Origin: a virus
Taxonomy: Duplodnaviria; Caudoviricetes
Length of the DNA: 26,853 bases
Reading direction: 5' to 3' (one strand)
Virus record (IMG/VR): IMGVR_UViG_3300020045_002589
Location: 1 to 26,853 of that record
Positions 26,211 through 26,853 of the stretch are shown in pieces. The position numbers were made by a program, and so were the translations under genes. The notes under the pieces are model-generated. The model did no database searches, had not been told where the DNA came from, and saw only the letters and a program-made list of their open reading frames with translations. Positions within the stretch are counted from its first letter, which is position 1, and each line of letters starts with the position of its first letter.

Positions 26211-26283
26211 ACCACACAACCCTTGTTCCACAACCGACAACACTTGTCAAGGATTTATTTCCCCCCTAGTAATTCCAATAATT

Positions 26284-26351
26284 GAAAGTTTCGTGCCTGA
26301 TACGGGCGATATATCATAGCTCTTATGTCTTGTAATAGGCACGAAACTTTC
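26284..26351. repeat. Palindrome 2 of the non-coding control region
   Basis: GAAAGTTTCGTGCCT (26284-26298) and AGGCACGAAACTTTC (26337-26351) form perfect 15-bp arms. Confidence 0.9.
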
Positions 26352-26358
26352 CCCAATT

Positions 26359-26372
26359 AAATCAATAACTTA
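26359..26372 (+). promoter_or_regulatory. IHF consensus site 2
   Basis: AAATCAATAACTTA, an exact copy of 26197-26210. Confidence 0.7.
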
Positions 26373-26702
26373 GCAATAGCAACGCAATTCCCATTCACAA
26401 TTCATAAGCAACTGTCAACTTATTTTGAGTCGAGGAACGAGACCCTAGTTTCGGCACAATAATACCCTTGAGAAAGAGTCAAGTACGATAAATGGGGGCA
26501 TGAACATACTTACCACCCCTAGTAAAATTAATAGTTGAAACTAAAAATGGGGATAATTGGCATCATTGTGACGTGGGCGCGTAGTAATCTCAGTCACCGC
26601 TTGCGCCCCGCCAATGAACCGTAAGCCACGCCAGCCTTGCATTCTGCCGCCTATTTTCTATTACCTTTCGTTGCCCTGTAAGCCATTTTGGTAATTAATC
26701 CG

Positions 26703-26745
26703 TTAACAAAATGATTAACAAAATGTGTAACAAATATGTTGACAA
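26703..26745 (+). repeat. 12-bp-period direct repeats running into the -35 box (putative operator array)
   Basis: TTAACAAAATGA / TTAACAAAATGT / GTAACAAATATG / TTGACAA. Confidence 0.75.
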
Positions 26746-26853
26746 TCCCGCCATTCCAAGTATAATGAATCATCAAATCAGTAAACACAACCCTAATTGG
26801 AGAGCCAAATGGAAACCATCATAAAGCCCGAAACTAAGACTAAGACAGTTGCT
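26733..26853. repeat. Terminal direct repeat, right copy
   Basis: Identical to 1-121. Confidence 0.95.

Noticed and set aside
26733-26853. 121-bp terminal repeat as a biological DTR or attachment site
   Set aside because: It truncates a gene mid-frame and its length is typical of an assembler k-mer overlap; best read as circular closure.

Overview
Apparently complete circular genome (26,732 bp; bases 1-121 repeat exactly at 26733-26853) of a small, AT-rich P22-like podovirus. It encodes a portal, scaffold, P22-type coat, gp4-like adaptor, gp10-like tail hub, large terminase, a probable truncated small terminase, three ejection proteins (one with a tail-lysozyme domain) and a tail fibre. The morphogenesis genes are out of P22 order and split into blocks, each with its own sigma70-type promoter. 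I see no integrase, CI-type repressor, DNA polymerase, primase catalytic domain or free endolysin. Replication candidates are an SF2 helicase-like protein, a degenerate VapE-like protein and a Rep-like protein beside a palindrome/IHF-site region. Main points of interest: (1) a cupin-SET lysine methyltransferase fusion plus a histone-tail-like Lys-rich protein; (2) an Acb2-type anti-CBASS gene coupled to a small conserved ORF; (3) an ejection protein with mirror-matched 7x20-aa and 7x18-aa repeat arrays; (4) a perfect 24-bp inverted repeat pair about 11.8 kb apart that coincides with local G/C skew switches. All family assignments come from motif recognition by eye, not database searches.
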